A stretch of DNA of 64,000 nt from Macrostomum lignano (Eukaryota). The notes below the pieces were generated by a model that saw nothing but the letters and a program-made list of their open reading frames with translations, did no database searches and was not told the origin of the DNA. Numbering within the stretch: position 1 is the first letter of the stretch; each line of letters opens with the position of its first letter. Positions 59,483 through 64,000 of this stretch are shown one piece after another. The translations under genes were made by a program, and so were the position numbers. The stretch lies in NCBI GenBank assembly GCA_002269645.1, contig NIVC01000905.1:186001-250000 (forward strand). Direction: 5' to 3'.

Positions 59483-62456
59483 TCACACAGCTGTGCCCTC
59501 CTTGCTTCTGCAAGGTCCGCCGCTGCCGGTGGCCGCTCCGGGTTCGCCTTGATCTTCGTCGGTGCCACCGCCGCCGCCACTGCCACCACCGCCGCCTCCA
59601 ACGCAGACGCCCATGATCTTGGCAAACTCCACGTAGCTCACCTGGCCGTCGCGGTCGGTGTCAGCCTCCTCGATCATCGCCTCGACCTCCTCGGCTGTGA
59701 GCCTCTCGCCGAGGTTCTGCATCACCTGGCGCAGCTCGGTGGCACTCAGGAAGCCGTCTCCGTCAGCGTCGAACAGGCGGAAGGCGCGTCGGACCTCCTC
59801 CTCGGAGTCGGAGCTGTTCATTTGCTTCTTCATCATGTCGAGAAATTCGTCGAATTCGATGCTGCCGGAGCCGTCCTGATCAACCTCGCGGATCATCTCC
59901 TGGGGATTGTTGGGTTTGCGGAGTGCTGACAGGTCACTGGTTTTTTAGGTCCTGCACCACTGAGTGCAGCTGCCTTCCTTATACAGCCTCATCTACTTTT
60001 ACAGCCACAAGGCAGCATCTACAGTCTCATTTACAGCATCTGCAGTCTCATCTACAGCATCTGCAGTCTCCCTCTACAGCATCTACAGTGATCACCTACA
60101 TGTATAGCATCTACATTCTCATCTACAGGACTTCTCATCTACAGCATCTACACTCTTATTTACAGCATCTACAGTGATCACCTATAGCATCTACAGTCTC
60201 ATCTACAGACTCATCTGCAGCATCTACAGTGATCACCTATAGCATCTACAGTCTCATCTACAGACTCATCTGCAGCATCTACAGTGATCACCTATAGCAT
60301 CTACAGTCTCATCTACAGACTCATCTGCAGCATCTACAGTGATCACCTATAGCATCTACAGTCTCATCTACAGACTCATCTGCAGCATCTACAGTCTCAT
60401 CTACAGCATCTACTGTCTCATCTACAGCATCTACAGTCTCATCTACAGCATCTACAGTCTCATCTACAGCAATCGCAGTTTCATCCACAGTATCTACACT
60501 CTCATCTACAGCATCTGCAGTCTCATCTACAGCATCTGCAGTCTCATCTGCAGCATCTACAGTCTCATCTACAGCATCTACAGTCTCATCTACAGCATCT
60601 ACAGTCTCATCTACAGCAATCGCAGTTTCATCCACAGTATCTACACTCTCATCTACAGCATCTACAGTCTCATCTACAGCATCTACAGTCTCATCTGCAG
60701 CATCTACAGTCTCATCTACAGCATCTACAGTCTCATCTACAGCAATCGCAGTTTCATCCACAGTATCTACACTCTCATCTACAGCATCTACAGTCTCATC
60801 TACAGCATCTACAGTCTCATCTGCAGCATCTACAGTCTCATCTACAGCATCTACAGTCTCATCTACAGCATCTACAGTCTCATCCACAGTATCTACACTC
60901 TCATCTGCAGCATCTACAGTCTCATCTACAGCATCTACAGTCTCATCTACAGCATCTACAGTCTCATCTACAGCATCTATAGTCTCATCTAAAGCATCTA
61001 CAGTGATCACCTATAGCATCTACAGTCTCATTTACAGCATCTGCAGTCTCATCTACAGCATCTGCAGTCTCATCTACAGCATCTACCATCTCAGTTACAG
61101 CATCTACAGTATCCCTCTACAGCATCTACCGTCTCATTTACAGCATCTACAGTCTCCTCTGCATCATCAGCCTTCCATCGCTGAATGGTTGAGAACCAAG
61201 GTTAATGCAGATGGCAACGCAGTTTTTCTCAGACTCAAAGCAATTATCAGACTGCGATCCCTATTTGCACCCCACCCCAACCCGCCCAGCCCCAGCGGCA
61301 GCCCTCCCTCATCCCCACGCCAGGTCAAACCCCATTAAACGCAGGTCTATTCCCCTCATACCACTGGAGCATTAATAGTTTTACAAACTGGCGGCATAAA
61401 CGCCGTATCCTCAAGCCGAAATGATGGGGCATCACTAATTAAGAATTAATATAAATTTGGCGTTCACCAACCACTCATGTGGCTCTGGGACGCAGTGCTC
61501 ACGTGAGTAGGAGCTGCTGCTATGATGCAAAATAAAATTGCTAGCAAGAGCTCTCAATGCATTGAGTACAGCCTCCTCTCGTAGCGATTGCACGGAACAG
61601 ATCCCATCAAGTTCCTATATGGAACCCACAGTCGCTAGCTATGATGAGTAATATGCGGGAGCACTAGCATGCAGTTTGGTAATGCATTTCCATCTGCTTC
61701 TCTGTCTCTCTCTCTCTGCGACACAAAAATTCTTAGATGCATGCAGCTTTTTTCCACGATATAAAAAAGCATACATGTATAGAGTCACTCCTAGGTATTG
61801 GTTCATTAGCAAATGTATTCTGTAATCTCTGAGAATGTCGCTGTGTCATAACTATGCGTACAGGTGAACTGCTTTGTCCACTGGGGGAGTGAGAGATGGC
61901 CATGCAATCTTTGAAAGTAGACGGTGATTTCAGTCATAAACTAGACTGCCAGTTCACTCAGTCATAATCTAGAGTGCCAGTTAACTCAGTCATAATCTAG
62001 ACTGCTAGTTCACTCAGTCATAATCTAGACTGCTAGTTCACTCAGTCATAATCTAGACTGCTAGTTCACTCAGTCATAATCTAGACTGCTAGTTCACTCA
62101 GTCATAAACTAGACTGCCAGTTCACTCAGTCATAATCTAGACTGCCAGTTCACTCAGTCATAATCTAGACTGCTAGCTCACTCAGTCATAATCTAGAGTG
62201 CGAGTTCACTCAGTCATAATCTAGACTGCTAGCTCACTCAGTCATAATCTAGACTGCTAGCTCACTCAGTCATAAACTAGATTTGGCTCACCTTAAGCTC
62301 CTCAGGTGTGGGATTTTGTCCCAGAGCTTGCATGACAACTGCCAACTCCTTGTTCGTGATGGTGCCGTCTCCATCCTTGTCGAATAGTGAGAAGGCCTCA
62401 CGGAACTCCTCGATCTGCTCCTCTGTGAGACCGTCCTCCGCCTTGGATGAAGACAT
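59483..62456 (-). CDS. Calmodulin-like EF-hand protein with Gly-rich C-terminal extension (193 aa)
   Basis: Exons 62456-62292 ([46 protein letters not shown]) and 59899-59483 ([19 protein letters not shown]..), phase 0; four canonical EF loops [51 protein letters not shown] acceptor near 62476. Confidence 0.92.
59990..61160. repeat. 21-bp minisatellite (ATCTACAGCATCTACAGTCTC)n
   Basis: In the calmodulin-like intron. Confidence 0.92.
61940..62291. repeat. 28-bp minisatellite (CAGTCATAATCTAGACTGCTAGTTCACT)n abutting the donor of the calmodulin-like intron
   Basis: ~12 units; the terminal unit merges with the minus-strand donor GTGAGC at 62291. Confidence 0.92.
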
Positions 62457-62499
62457 GCTGCATGTGCGAGTGAAGCTGGCGGTTATCGATTTATCTATC

Positions 62500-62951
<452 letters not shown>

Positions 62952-63444
62952 CGAGCAAGTGTTTTAAAACATAATTTTATTTACTGAGATTTGCTACAAC
63001 GGACAAAAAAGATTTTATTTCATTGCCACCTGCGGGACAGCAGAGCTAATAAATAACGAATAGATTTAATTAGGCAAGAATCAAGCAAAACCTGCAGTAT
63101 CCTAGCAGACAAGATCAAAGAGAATCCACTGGGAAAAGAGGATGAGCACACCTGAGACTCCCGCTGATTTGCGTCGCGCGACGAGGCGGGTTCTTGGAAA
63201 AAAAGCTGGCTATTCAAAGATTCACAATGCGTGTATGAATACACTCGGAAATTCTGGTGGATAAACCGAGCGGCAGGTATTATTTGACATCCCGGGTTGC
63301 TTTCGCGATGCTAAATATCGTACTTTTTCAGCAAAAATATTTTTAACAGTCTGGCTGCATCTTTCGGTATTTCGAGGCCTGCTCGGAAAAGGATATGTAT
63401 TATTGTTGCTGTATTATTTGGCTGCTAATTAGAAAGGTGTATAA

Positions 63445-64000
63445 GGTGGCTGTTCTAATTGATTACTAATTGACCAGGTGTATTGGTGTGGCTGTTCTAA
63501 TTGATTACTAATTGACCAGGTGTATTGGGGTGGCTGTTCTAATTGATTACTAATTGACCAGGTGTATTGGTGTGGCTGTTCTAATTGATTTCTAATTGAC
63601 CAGGTGCATTGGTGTGGCTGTTCTAATTGATTACTAATTGACCAGGTGTATTGGTGTGGCTGTTCTAATTGATTACTAATTGACCAGGTGTATTGGTGTG
63701 GCTGTTCTAATTGATTACTAATTGACCAGGTGTATTGGTGTGGCTGTTCTAATTGATTACTAATTGACCAGGTGCATTGGTGTGGCTGTTCTAATTGATT
63801 ACTAATTGACCAGGTGTATTGGTGTGGCTGTTCTAATTGATTACTAATTGACCAGGTGCATTGGTGTGGCTGTTCTAATTGATTACTAATTGACCAGGTG
63901 TATTGGTGTGGCTGTTCTAATTGATTACTAATTGACCAGGTGTATTGGTGTGGCTGTTCTAATTGATTACTAATTGACCAGGTGCATTGGTGTGGCTGTT
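63445..64000. repeat. 42-bp minisatellite (GGTGTGGCTGTTCTAATTGATTACTAATTGACCAGGTGTATT)n, runs off window end
   Basis: ~13 tandem units. Confidence 0.95.

Noticed and set aside
59630-59650. Canonical donor CAG|GTGAGC (minus strand) inside calmodulin-like exon 2
   Set aside because: Read-through gives a complete EF-hand 4 ([17 protein letters not shown]); splicing here would break the loop and no alternative last exon was found.

Overview
Eukaryotic (invertebrate) genomic DNA, not prokaryotic: spliced GT-AG genes whose introns are inflated by minisatellites. The style suggests a free-living flatworm such as Macrostomum (inference only). Genes, in order: 3' part of a receptor-type tyrosine phosphatase (FN3-TM-single PTP domain, 1-13295 +); LHFPL/TMHS tetraspan (15035-18211 +); MICOS subunit MIC19/CHCHD3-like (19938-21778 +); Tctex1-domain dynein light chain (25739-27170 +); two tandem secreted PAN/apple + thrombospondin-type-1 repeat genes (29119-30810 and 35855-37547 +); a 961-aa protein with two GPR158-like Cache+EGF ectodomain modules, no 7TM and a probable GPI signal (46243-55104 +); and a calmodulin-like gene with a Gly-rich tail (62456-59483 -). 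Mobile DNA: a tRNA-derived SINE, two RTE-like LINE fragments (one interrupted by a hAT-like element with 12-bp TIRs), nested MITEs and a 156-bp foldback. Most notable: (1) the PAN-TSR pair is almost identical from promoter to exon 2 but strongly diverged in a cationic last exon; (2) every long intron holds its own minisatellite, several starting at or containing 5' splice sites; (3) the 7TM-less, apparently furin-processed double Cache protein; (4) RFX X-box motifs at the Tctex1 and PAN-TSR loci. Exon models were read by hand from splice consensus and frame continuity; no database searches were run.
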